A stretch of DNA of 64,000 nucleotides, from NCBI GenBank assembly GCA_963822585.1, contig CAWGIE010000026.1, positions 96,001-160,000 of the forward strand, given 5' to 3'. The position numbers and the translations under genes are program-made. The notes below the pieces were generated by a model. The model had not been told where the DNA came from and did no database searches. It was given only the letters and a program-made list of their open reading frames with translations. This stretch comes from an uncultured bacterium (GTDB lineage: Bacteria > Auribacterota > Erginobacteria > Erginobacterales > Erginobacteraceae). Positions 1 to 9,680 of the stretch are shown in pieces; the stretch's first letter is position 1; every line of letters starts with the position of its first letter.

Positions 1-656
1 CGGAGCTGACTGGCGCGGTCGGATTCGATGAATTTCTGGCCGTTCTTTTCCTGGAGACTGCCCTGGAGTGCGGTGCGGAGGTTGCTGATCGGCGGGCGGT
101 GCTCGGGGTCATTAATGCAGCCGGCGCCCTGAAGATCGGACATATGGACCCAGCCGCCCCTGCCTTTTTTCAGTTCCAATGCCAGGCGCAACAGGAGGAG
201 GAATAACTTATCCCCCAGTCTGCTCTCCTGACCGTTCACCAGGACCAGGTTCAGCTTTTTCATCGGGAAGATTCCGGGAATATGGAGGCGGTCGGAACAG
301 TTATGGCCAGATTGCTCGCGATCGGCGAGCTGGGCGGAGGTGAGGGCGGGAACCGGGGCAGGGAGACCAGCGGGAGGGCGTTTCTTCAGGGCGGCAAGGT
401 AGGAGAACTTGAAATCGCGTTTGCCGAAGGAGGCCGGGAGTGTGACCGGGAAGATGGAGGCGGCGCGGAGTTTGGAGTAGATCGGCTCTCGGGAAAGGTT
501 GAGGATGGGGGTGACGACGACCGTTTGGGAGTATTGCACCAAGAGGGATAGGAGGCACGGCTTGGTCGTTCGGATATTCGGGAAGCAGACAAAAATAAAG
601 GCGGTGTTTAACTCATAAAGGACTACTTCCTCGATATTATCATGGAAAGAATCCAT
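1..656 (-). CDS. Hypothetical protein, runs off the left edge; paralog of 13631..14215
   Basis: Manual translation gives an open frame ...AASIFPVTLPASFGKRDFKFSYLAALKKRPPAGLP...LRLALELKKGRGGWV...GSLQEKNGQKFIESDR, which aligns with the 194-aa ORF at 13631..14215. The start is uncertain and the gene may be N-terminally truncated. Confidence 0.7.
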   Translation of the reverse strand, partial: MDSFHDNIEEVVLYELNTAFIFVCFPNIRTTKPCLLSLLVQYSQTVVVTPILNLSREPIYSKLRAASIFPVTLPASFGKRDFKFSYLAALKKRPPAGLPAPVPALTSAQLADREQSGHNCSDRLHIPGIFPMKKLNLVLVNGQESRLGDKLFLLLLRLALELKKGRGGWVHMSDLQGAGCINDPEHRPPISNLRTALQGSLQEKNGQKFIESDRASQL

Positions 657-994
657 TTGCAAATGAACGAGGCAGCCAAAGCTAAACTATAGCTTAGAAA
701 TGTTCCAATGAGAATATACTCAGCCAATTTTCTATCTTCTTTATCTTTTATTTCTCCAAAGCGGAATATAGACTTTGCCGCGATAAGTAAACCGATGGCT
801 GAAAGTTCTCCCGACCATACAAAAGTTACAATGAGAAAACGTTCCAGATACCCGATATACTTCCCTGCTTTCTTCAAACCTCACTCTTCTATCCTTCCGA
901 CATCAAAACGCTTCAGTAAGCGATTGATGAGCCAGCCGGCGGGGAAGATTGCCAAGACATAACTGACTATAGCAAATAATGTCGTCAAAATCAT
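623..994 (-). pseudogene. DUF3307-like membrane protein with an in-frame TGA
   Basis: ATG at 994 reads MILTTLFAIVSYVLAIFPAGWLINRLL...IEE, then TGA (881-883), then in-frame GLKKAGKYIGYLERF...AAKSIFRF...AEYILIGT, the typical DUF3307 C-terminal motifs. Lies next to satD. Confidence 0.7.
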
Positions 995-1027
995 AAGAAC
1001 ACCTTCCTATGGGTGAATTTGCATCGT

Positions 1028-1690
1028 TCACCCTATCAAGGCTGTATTCTTCAGGTAATTTTCCAAGAACTCCCTACCCCGGAAATAGATCTCAAAATGA
1101 GCGGCCTTAAGTCTTTTTCCGATATTCTGGTACGCCACATTTAATTTTGAACCTATTTCCTTTAAATTTAATCCCTGATCTCGCCAGGATACGGCTTGCC
1201 ATTGTGCTTCCGTCCAATTGAGAAGAATCATATCCTGATAAGTCAAAATTAAATCGATTAGTTTATTTGCCGGATCATCTTCGGTAAGGATTTTTGTTCT
1301 TCGGGTTCTGTTATCCTTCAGCCAATCAATCCCGTCCCGGGATAAATAAAAGGGCGGTCCTTCCTGTAATCTTGCTTCTTTTCCCTTGGTAATTGATCCG
1401 CGCGCTATCCCAATAGAAACATGGAGATCAATTTTATTCTTTCCCTGTAAGCGGAGAAGAGTTCTGAAACGATCCACTAAATTCAGGATTTTCCAATGGG
1501 GGGAGACAACTCCCTGATATTCATCACCGATTGTTGGGGTGATAGGGAGCAAGAGCAGTCCTTTGTATTCTTTATTTATTTTACTGAGGGTTTCTCTTAT
1601 TTCTTTTTTAACAACCGGTTGTTTCTTTGGCGAGTATTCTTTTGAATCAACAATATCGATAGTTAGGACTGAAATGAGTTTTGTTTTCAT
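1028..1690 (-). CDS. SatD family protein (N-terminal nucleotide-cyclase-like fold, C-terminal HTH)
   Basis: Motifs TIDIVDS, TIGDEYQG, SIGI.G and GPPFY, plus a C-terminal HTH (LKEIGSKLNVAYQNIGKRL). RBS GAGG upstream. Confidence 0.75.
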   Translation of the reverse strand: MKTKLISVLTIDIVDSKEYSPKKQPVVKKEIRETLSKINKEYKGLLLLPITPTIGDEYQGVVSPHWKILNLVDRFRTLLRLQGKNKIDLHVSIGIARGSITKGKEARLQEGPPFYLSRDGIDWLKDNRTRRTKILTEDDPANKLIDLILTYQDMILLNWTEAQWQAVSWRDQGLNLKEIGSKLNVAYQNIGKRLKAAHFEIYFRGREFLENYLKNTALIG

Positions 1691-1808
1691 ATACACCTCT
1701 TTATGGGTGAATTCAGCTATTCACCTATAATAGGGTGAATAGCTGTTTTTACAAGGAAAAATTGATAAAATTATTGCCTGGTGAAAAGTGCTGAACAATT
1801 TCGAAAAT

Positions 1809-1965
1809 AAAAAGCCTGGGAGTGAGAGCTCCCAGGCTTTTTTAAAACGGGCATGACGGGTGTCCCAGAGCGTGGTTGATATGGGATTTTATTAAAATCT
1901 ACTTCCAGACAGTGAGGGACGGACACCGAGCAATTACTATCAACCCCTTAAAAAGAATATATTGA
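1809..1965. mobile_element. Cassette junction A (hairpin + tRNA-Asp 3'-end-like core ACGGGCATGACGGG + conserved arm)
   Basis: Hairpin aaaaagcctgggag/ctcccaggcttttt, core at 1847, arm gggtgtcccagagcgtggttgatatgggat homologous to junctions B-E. Confidence 0.8.
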
Positions 1966-2077
1966 TCAGTCTGATTCTATAGTAGTAGGACGGCAAAAAT
2001 ATCTGTAAAGAGAATCAGCGAGATGTTGTCTCACACCGGGAAAAGGCGTGATGGCGTTGGTGCAAATCACCCCCTCA

Positions 2078-2296
2078 TTATTCAAACTCAATACGTGGCA
2101 CACCGGATTGACGAATAATGGACAGCAATGTTCCATTGCGCAATTCTTTGTGGTCCGGTATGGGAACCGTGATCGTGCTGTCAGGTAACCTTCGTTGCAT
2201 CACGATATGACTTCCTCGCCTTCTTACTTCGGTAAAATTATGTTTCTTGAGGATCCGGCAAACTTCTTTGCCTGATAGTGTGCGTAATTTAGCCAA
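2078..2296 (-). CDS. hicA: HicA family toxin
   Basis: RRRGSH motif, ITVPIPDHKEL, GTLLSIIRQSG; overlaps hicB. Confidence 0.9.
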   Translation of the reverse strand: MAKLRTLSGKEVCRILKKHNFTEVRRRGSHIVMQRRLPDSTITVPIPDHKELRNGTLLSIIRQSGVPRIEFE

Positions 2297-2510
2297 CGGC
2301 TAACTCCACCTGAGTAACGTAGACTTCATTGTGAAGTCTTTCTCTGATTTCCTCGGGAGAGGCCGTTTCAAAGAACAATTCCAGCGCTTCTCGCAGGTTC
2401 TTTTTTGCCTCGTCTATGGTGATGCCCTGGCTTGCCACATCCACTTCCGGGCACAAAGCCACATACCCGTCACCTTCTCGCTCAATGATCGCCGTAAGTT
2501 GTCTATTCAT
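2289..2510 (-). CDS. hicB: HicB family antitoxin (short, no DNA-binding domain)
   Basis: LTAIIEREGDGYVALCPEVDVASQG.TIDEA..NLREALELF; GGAGG RBS before ATG 2510. Confidence 0.9.
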   Translation of the reverse strand: MNRQLTAIIEREGDGYVALCPEVDVASQGITIDEAKKNLREALELFFETASPEEIRERLHNEVYVTQVELAVG

Positions 2511-2624
2511 GGCCACCTCCGGATTTCTGGGATTAATATATATGAAGACGATGCCACATTTCAAGCCTTAATTCGGATATCGTGGGATATGCCAATCTCA
2601 CCAGGGTGGTTCTCATCCCTTGTA

Positions 2625-2817
2625 TAGAAACGAAAAACCCCGAGGGAAAAACCCTCGGGGCCTTTCTACGGGCATGACCCCGGTAAACCGGGGGAGCGTG
2701 GTTGATCTGGGATTTTTTGAAGATTTTACCCCGCGATGAGCGAAGCGAACTTTGCGGGCCACCTTCCGGCCGGTCGAAAACGGGCACCGGAAAATCCAGT
2801 TAGCTGGTAGACAGTAA
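2625..2817. mobile_element. Cassette junction B
   Basis: Hairpin ccccgaggg/ccctcgggg, core ACGGGCATGAC at 2668, conserved arm with a 35-bp TTTA-CCC hairpin insertion at 2725-2759. Confidence 0.8.
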
Positions 2818-2868
2818 TCAGTAAAGGAGGGATCTTCGATAAGGTAGCCGACATCCAATAGCTTGAAT

Positions 2869-5800
2869 CTACCTCGTTACCGGGATATCGCCCACTGAGC
2901 CATAGTATGCCCTGCTGTTCCCCCGGATGGCCCAGAGCCCGGTAGTTTCCCGGAAGATCCCGATGTCATCCAGCCGGTCGCCGTTGTAGTCCGCGGGCCG
3001 GGGCCAGTCGGTGCATCTTCCAAAGTAGATCCGGGTCAATCCCTTCAGCGCCCAGAGACCGGTACAAGGCCGGAAAATGCCGATCCTCCAGGTCCCGTCG
3101 CCTGAGTAATCAGCGGCGGTGGGCCAGTCATCGGTACCGCCAAAGTATATTCTATTCAATCCCCGGATCGCCCAGAGGCCTGATGCCGGCCGGAAGACGG
3201 CGATCTCCCGGACATTGTCCCCATTGTAGTCGCCGGGTACCGGCCAGTCTCTCCCGGTCCCGAAATAGACCCGGGTCATCGCCCGGACCGCCCAGAGACC
3301 GGGGGCGTCCCGGAATATCCCGATGTCGCAAGAGCCGTCACCGTCATAGTCTCCGGGGATCGAAATATCATTGGTGTTCCCGAAGTAAGCCCTGGTCAAT
3401 CCCCGGACCGCCCAGAGGCCTGAATTTTCCGGAAGATCGCGATCTCCGTTGTCCCATCTCCATTATAATCGCCGGCGGCAGGCAGATCGGAACTGCCTCC
3501 GAAATAATCCCGCGTCAAACCGCGGATAGCCCAGAGTCCCGATGAAGGTCGGAAGATGGAGATATCGCTCGTCCCGTCGCCGTTGTAATCGCCCGATTCA
3601 AGAACGAACCGTGCCGGCGTTTCCGCCGGCCCGCAAGTGGGGGTGGGGGAGAGGGGGGATGGAGCAGCCGTCGGTGTGGATGACGGAGAAGGGGTGGCCG
3701 TCGGGGCGGTGGAAGGAGTGGGAGATGACGTCGGGCTCGGGGTAGGGGAAGGAGTGAGCGTCATCGAAGGAGTCGGGCTGGCGGAAGGAGCGGGCGAAGC
3801 AGTCGGTGTCGGAGTGGATGACGGTGTGGGAGTTTCCGAAGGCTTCGGAGTCGGGCTGGCGGATGGAGCGGGCGAAGCAGTTGGTGTTGGAGTGGCTGAC
3901 GGTGTGGGAGTTTCCGAAGGCTTTGGGGTCGGGCTGCCGGTCGGTGTCGGCGACGGCGTGGGAGTCGCCGACGGAGTCGGGGTGACGGTGACGGTCGGGG
4001 TTGCGGTGGGAAGGGCGTCATATCGCGCCACATGAGGGAAACTGGCGGCGCCGAGGGTCGTGAAGTCTCCTCCGAGATAGAGATTGGCGCCGTCGAACGT
4101 CAGCGCGTAAACGTCGCTGTTCGCGTTCGGGTCCCAGGCGGTGGCGTTCCCGTCGGCGTCGAGGGCGGCGAGACGGTTCCGGGACTGTCCGCCGATGGCG
4201 GTGAAATCGCCTCCCGCGTAGACGGTGTCGCCGGCGACGGCGACGGCGTTCACGTAATTGTCCGGGTTTGGATTCCAGGCGGTGGCGTTCCCCTCGACAT
4301 CGACGGCCGCGATATTGTTTCTTCCCTGGCCCCCGATGTTCTCGAAGGCCCCGCCGGCGTAAATCGTCGTGCCGGAAAGCGCGAGCGCCATGACGGCATC
4401 GTCGGCGTCGGGGGCCCAGGCGGTGGGGGTATCGGTATCGGTATTGAACGCGGCGATGCTGTTCCGGCCCTGGCCGCCGATGATCGCGAAACTCCCCCCG
4501 ACATAGAGTGTGTCCCCGGACAGCAGCAGCACCCGGATGAAGCCGCCGGCGCCGGGGTCCCAGGCGGTGGCGGTGCCGGTGTCGGCATCGATCGCGGCGA
4601 TGTACGCCCTGTTTTGACCGTCGATGTGCTGGAATTGTCCGCCGACGTAGACGGTATCGGCGTTGGCGGCCAGTGCGTAGAGGGCATTATCCGCCTGCGG
4701 TGCCCAGGAAGAGACGGCCCCGGTCGCAGCGTCGACGGCGGCGATATAACTCCTGGCGTCGCCCCCGACGTGAGTGAAGTCTCCGCCGGCGTAGACGGTG
4801 CCGTCGGCAACGGCGAGGGCGCGAACGAGGCCGTCGGCGTTGGGGTTCCAGTCGGTAGCGGCCCCGGATGCATCGAAGGAGGCAAGGTTGTGCCGGACCC
4901 GTCTCCCGATGCTGGTGAAGTCGCCGCCGGCGTAGACCGTGCTTCCGAAGACGGCCAGGACGTTGACCGTTCCGTCGGCGTTGGGATCCCACGCGGCGGC
5001 GGTATCGGTGCTGGCGGAGAAGGCGGCGGCCCGATTCCGGTCCGCTCCCCCGATCGCGGTGAAATCCCCCCCGACGTAAACGGTCTCACCGGATATCGCG
5101 ATTGTTCTGACGATACCGTCGGCATCCGGGTCCCAGGCGGTGGCGTTGCCGTCGGCGTCAAGAGCGGCGAGATGATTTCGGTTTTCTCCTCCGATAGAGG
5201 TAAAATTGCCTCCCGCGTAAACGGTCTCAGCGTCGAGGGCGAGAGCGGTGACATAGTTGTCCGCGTCCGGGTTCCAGGCGGTAGCGTTCCCCGTGGAGAT
5301 ATCGAGCGCTCCGAGGTGCATCCGGGTCTGCCATCCGATGGCCGTGAAGAGGCCCCCCGCGTAAAGAGTATCTCCGGAGGCAACCAGCGCGGAGACCCAG
5401 TTGTTGGCGTTGGGGTTCCAGGATGTGGCAACCCCCGTTGCGGCGTCGACGGCAACGATGAAGTTGTGGATATCTCCTCCGACCATCATAAATTTTCCCC
5501 CGGCGAAGACGGTGCTCCCGGAGACTTCCAGGGCGAAGACGGTGTCATCCGCGTCCGGGTTCCAGGTGGTGGCGTTCCCGTCGGCGTCGAGGGCGGCGAG
5601 GCGGTTCCGGGACTGTCCGCCGATGACGCTGAAATCGCCGCCGGCGTAGACCGTGCTTCCGGAGACGGCCAGGGCGTTGACGGTGTCGTCGGCGTCGGGA
5701 TCCCATGAGGCGTCGAGGGAACCGTCCGGGAGAATATGGGCGATCCGGTTCCGGACCTCCTCCCCGACCGTCGTGAAGTCGCCTCCGATATACCAGCCGC

Positions 5801-6314
5801 CGGCCCCGTCGGGAACGACCGCCTGTACGGCTCCCTTCACCCGGGGAAACGCGCCCGCGGGCTCGGCGGTTACGGCATCGATGGGAGCGCCGTTGAACGT
5901 ATTCAGCCCCACATGGTTGAACGATCCGCCGATATAGGTAACCGACCCGTCGTTGACGATCGTGTTGACGGTGCCGTCCGTCGTCCAGACATTCTGGTTG
6001 GGAACGGACTCGAGTTCGGCACGCGCCGCCGGGACCGCCAACGCGGTCAGCAGCAAAATGGCGGTGAAGGCTAAAGCCGTCAAGATAGTCCTGAAAGGAC
6101 GCGGCGGCATCAGAAGACCGACAAAAAACCGGATCGCCCGGTGCCGCCGGGGTGCCACAAGAAGATTCTTGTTGTTTTCCGACAGACGCATATTTTTCAT
6201 CATCGGCTGCTCGAGTGTGCGGTGACTGTCTATCGCGGTCCGCCTCCCTAAACTTCTCCGCATGCTAATGGAGTCACCGGTTGATTGCAAAGAAAAAGAG
6301 GTTTGTAAAGTCAC
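2869..6314 (-). pseudogene. Large secreted beta-propeller repeat protein with Pro/Thr linker and FG-GAP-like C-terminal module; 1-bp frameshift near 3425
   Basis: Signal-peptide-like stretch, many YAGGDFT..G...RN.LAA...W.P.AD repeats, PT-rich linker and GDYNGDG repeats. The frame switches at AIFRK/NSGLW (A-run, 3425-3428) into ORF 2869..3399, which ends DIPVTR. The true start is probably 6110-6200. Confidence 0.75.
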
Positions 6315-6353
6315 ACTCCGCCTTTTTCCAATCGCGTTCCCGGCCGGGAAATA

Positions 6354-7742
6354 TCAGCCGCGCATTTTATCGACCATCTCCCGGCAGTCATCCACGAATC
6401 TGTCAAAGTCAGCTCGATCACACCAGGCCGGTGTGCCGAACCGGAATGGTATGTCACCAGGATCCGGTTTGTTGGTTATCGGATCCCGGTTCGGAATACA
6501 GCCCTCGAAAAAGGCCGCCGCGTCCGGATCGGGCGCCCGGGTCAACCCGGTCCTCCCCAGTCCCCCGCAGCCGATATGGTAGCCGCACTCCTTGAAGATG
6601 CGGGTTTGAAATTCTTCGGCCAGCTTCATGTCCCGCCGGTATTTTTTTTCGGAAAACGGATTGAAAGCGATGATACCGGAGGTAAGTTCAGGATCCCGGT
6701 ATGGCTGAAGGATTGACTGCTCTCCAAAAACGTCGATCAGTTTTTTGCGGGCATAGTCGGCCAGCGCCAGGATATAATTTTGGATCCGGACCCTTCCGAC
6801 CTGATCCCAGATCGTGCAGGATTCGCCCAGTGCCCGCCAGTCGGCTGACTCCGGAAAACCGTAGAAACTGAGAGCCGCTCCGATATCAAAATTCTTCGGC
6901 CGGGAGCCGTCGACGGGCGCGTCGAGATCGCCGGAGCGGATAAGATGAAAACGGGGCAGGGGGGTGGAATTCGCCGGCAATAATTCGTTGCGGACATACA
7001 GGATGCCGGTCCCCCCGGGCCCGCATTGCCACTTGTGCCCCGATAACGCGCAGAAATCAATGCCGGTTTCATCGAGGCGGGGATCGAACATCCCTCCGTA
7101 ATGGGCCCCGTCAACTACGGTGATTACCCCGTTTTCCTGGGCCAGCCGGGCGATCCGGCGGACGGGAAGAGTTATCCCGTTGGGCTGGGTCGGGCAGGAG
7201 AAAAAGATCGCTCTGGTTTTGCCCGGCCGGATAGTGCGTCTGACGGAATCAACAATCTCTTCCGCTTCCGTGTCGGGGCGCGTTGGAACTCCGAACTGGC
7301 GGATGGTCAGTCCGAACCGTCCGGCCACCCTTCGAACCGTCGCCACACAGTTCGGATACTCCAGCGTCGAGCAAAGTATCTCATCCCCCTCGCGCCAATT
7401 AATTCCGCTCAGTATCTGGCTGACGGCGTCGGTGGTATTGCGGGCGATGGCGATTTCATCCACCCGGGCCCCGTATCCCCGGGCGATTTTTCTCCGGGTG
7501 ACTTCGGGGTCTTCGAGATAAATGGGAAAGGGATCCCGGGCGATCTGGGAGAGGCCTTCTTTAAAATGGGTCAGGACCGTTTTCGGCATCGATCCTTTCT
7601 GGCTGGCGACAAGATATTTATGCTCCTGGGAGATGGTAAACCCCTCGGCGAATTCGGCGAAAAACGGCTCTTCATTCTCCAGCAGGATTTCGACGTCCGG
7701 CCGGCTTTCGGGAAAATTACTTCGGGGAAGTTTCTGCATCAT
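6354..7742 (-). CDS. Class V PLP-dependent aminotransferase (isopenicillin N epimerase / cysteine desulfurase-like)
   Basis: EIAIARNTT, VDGAH and SGHKWQCGPGGTGILY PLP-binding motifs. Confidence 0.85.
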   Translation of the reverse strand: MMQKLPRSNFPESRPDVEILLENEEPFFAEFAEGFTISQEHKYLVASQKGSMPKTVLTHFKEGLSQIARDPFPIYLEDPEVTRRKIARGYGARVDEIAIARNTTDAVSQILSGINWREGDEILCSTLEYPNCVATVRRVAGRFGLTIRQFGVPTRPDTEAEEIVDSVRRTIRPGKTRAIFFSCPTQPNGITLPVRRIARLAQENGVITVVDGAHYGGMFDPRLDETGIDFCALSGHKWQCGPGGTGILYVRNELLPANSTPLPRFHLIRSGDLDAPVDGSRPKNFDIGAALSFYGFPESADWRALGESCTIWDQVGRVRIQNYILALADYARKKLIDVFGEQSILQPYRDPELTSGIIAFNPFSEKKYRRDMKLAEEFQTRIFKECGYHIGCGGLGRTGLTRAPDPDAAAFFEGCIPNRDPITNKPDPGDIPFRFGTPAWCDRADFDRFVDDCREMVDKMRG

Positions 7743-9259
7743 ATTCTCCTTGGGTTATCGTTAATCAGACGTTTAAGGATGGGGGCAAAAAAGAGAAATA
7801 TAATCCCCACTCCGACCGCGATCCACCCGATTATTTCGAAAACATGGGAAAAAGGCAAATCGGTTAACCGGGGAGCGTTGGAACCGGAGGGAAGGGCTGT
7901 CCATTCGGAGATGAATCCGGCCAGCGCGTTGGCCAGCGCGGTGGCAAAGAACCAAACCCCCATCATCATCCCCACCAGTTTCTTGGGCGAAAGCCTGGTT
8001 ATCATGGAAAGACCTACCGGCGAGAGAAATAGTTCTCCCATGGTCTGAAGAAAATAGCTTAAAACCACCCACCAGAGGTTGATCTTTCCGGCCGGGTCGT
8101 CAAACCCGATTGCCCAGGGGAGAATCGCGAATCCCAGCCCCATCAAGATCGTCCCCAGAGCGAACTTGGCGGGGACGGAAGGATTCCAGCCATGCCGGTT
8201 CAGGCGAAGCCACAGCCGGGACATAAAAGGCGCCAGGAGAATGATGAAGAAAGGATTGATCGATTGAAACATGACCGTGGGAATGGTCCATCCCCCTTCA
8301 TTTCTTCCCACGTTGAACTCGGTAAAGATGGTTAACGACATCGCTCCCTGCTGATACAGCGCCCAGAATACAATGGAGAATATAATGAGAATATGAACGG
8401 CGATCAGCCGATCCCTTCGGATATCCCGGTAAGAGAAAGACCGGCTGAAGGAATAGGCCAGAAAAAGCCCTCCAATGACAAGAAGGAGAATGGTGGCCAG
8501 GCCGGTATTCCGGAGCAGTTCCGCGAAGAGATATATTGAGCCCAGAATTCCCGCGCCAATAAAAAAATAATTAGCTATGCGCTCGGCCGGCGTTCGGGCT
8601 CTATCGGGCGCTGTGCCCAGTTCGCGATGTTTTCTCAGACCGAAAAAAAAGATCGCCGTCCCGGCCAGGACACCGACGGAAGCCATCAGGAAAGCGAGGT
8701 ACCATCCGAACCGGATAATTATCCAGCCGGTGAGAAGAGGAGGGATAAAAGAACCGACATTGATGCCGGCATAGAAGATGGTGAAACCGCCTTCGCGCCG
8801 GGAATCGTTCTCCCCGTATAATTGTCCCATCAGACCGGAGACATTCGGTTTAAAAAAGCCGTTTCCGACAATTATCGTTCCCAGAGCCAGATGGAATACG
8901 AGTCCCTTCCCGGGAAGACTCAACAGCCCGTAACCGGCTGCCAGCAGAATCCCGCCCAGCAGTACCGACCGCCGGAAACCAAGAAATCGGTCAGCTACCA
9001 GGCCGCCGAAGAGCGGTGACAGATAAACCAGGGCGGCAAAAGCGGCAAAGACGGAATATGCCCTGGTATCGGAGAAGAGGAAGACCTTGGTCATGTAAAG
9101 GACCAGGATCCCCCGCATGGTATAAAATCCGTACCTTTCCCACATCTCGGTCAGAAAGAGAATGACCAGCTGCCGGGGCTGCTTCATCGAACGGGGATTA
9201 TTGGGGGCCGTACCGTCGAGAGGTTTATCGGAAACGGGCTGAAGGACTGGTTTTGTCAT
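7739..9259 (-). CDS. POT/PTR family proton-dependent oligopeptide transporter
   Basis: EMWERYGFY (ExxERF/Y), GNGFFKPN, FYAGINVGS, FQSINPFFII, GELFLSPVGLS. Confidence 0.92.
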   Translation of the reverse strand: MTKPVLQPVSDKPLDGTAPNNPRSMKQPRQLVILFLTEMWERYGFYTMRGILVLYMTKVFLFSDTRAYSVFAAFAALVYLSPLFGGLVADRFLGFRRSVLLGGILLAAGYGLLSLPGKGLVFHLALGTIIVGNGFFKPNVSGLMGQLYGENDSRREGGFTIFYAGINVGSFIPPLLTGWIIIRFGWYLAFLMASVGVLAGTAIFFFGLRKHRELGTAPDRARTPAERIANYFFIGAGILGSIYLFAELLRNTGLATILLLVIGGLFLAYSFSRSFSYRDIRRDRLIAVHILIIFSIVFWALYQQGAMSLTIFTEFNVGRNEGGWTIPTVMFQSINPFFIILLAPFMSRLWLRLNRHGWNPSVPAKFALGTILMGLGFAILPWAIGFDDPAGKINLWWVVLSYFLQTMGELFLSPVGLSMITRLSPKKLVGMMMGVWFFATALANALAGFISEWTALPSGSNAPRLTDLPFSHVFEIIGWIAVGVGIIFLFFAPILKRLINDNPRRI

Positions 9260-9429
9260 TTTAATCTCCGGTAAACTTTCCGGGTCCCGGCAAGAGGCGC
9301 CGACAATTCTCTTTTGTCAGCAAATTCAAATCAGGATCTTTCCATAACGGGCGGACGTCCTCAATCGCCCGGTCCCATTGAAGGTTATGCAACCGTATTC
9401 TTCGGGCAACTCTGGATGTGATTCTGACA

Positions 9430-9527
9430 TAGAATTGGCCAGTTGAACTGCTCTGGAGAATATATAACCATACGGCTTTGTCTTATGGGGTGCAATCATG
9501 CGGTTTCGTCGACCGTCATCCCTCCAT
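9430..9527 (-). pseudogene. Decayed 5' fragment of the GIY-YIG gene
   Basis: Nucleotide homology to about 15976-16073 (gttgaactgctctggagaa...ccctccataaag), including the same adjacent hairpin. Confidence 0.75.
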
Positions 9528-9532
9528 AAAGC

Positions 9533-9674
9533 AAAAAAGGAGGGCTTCATGCCCTCCTTTTTTACTTACGGGCATGACGGGTGTCCCAAAACGTGGTTAA
9601 TCTGGGATTCCGTGAAGATCACCTTCCGGGCGGTAAGTGACGGGCATAGGAAGATTTTCCCGGTTAAAGGGTAG
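9533..9674. mobile_element. Cassette junction C
   Basis: Hairpin aaaaaaggagggc/gccctcctttttt, core ACGGGCATGACGGG at 9568, conserved arm. Confidence 0.8.
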
Positions 9675-9680
9675 CATTAC

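Noticed and set aside
623..994. Genome-wide TGA recoding (genetic code 4/25)
   Set aside because: Many conserved genes (deoC, mfd, hflK, the ISL3 transposase) end normally at TGA; this is an isolated in-frame stop.
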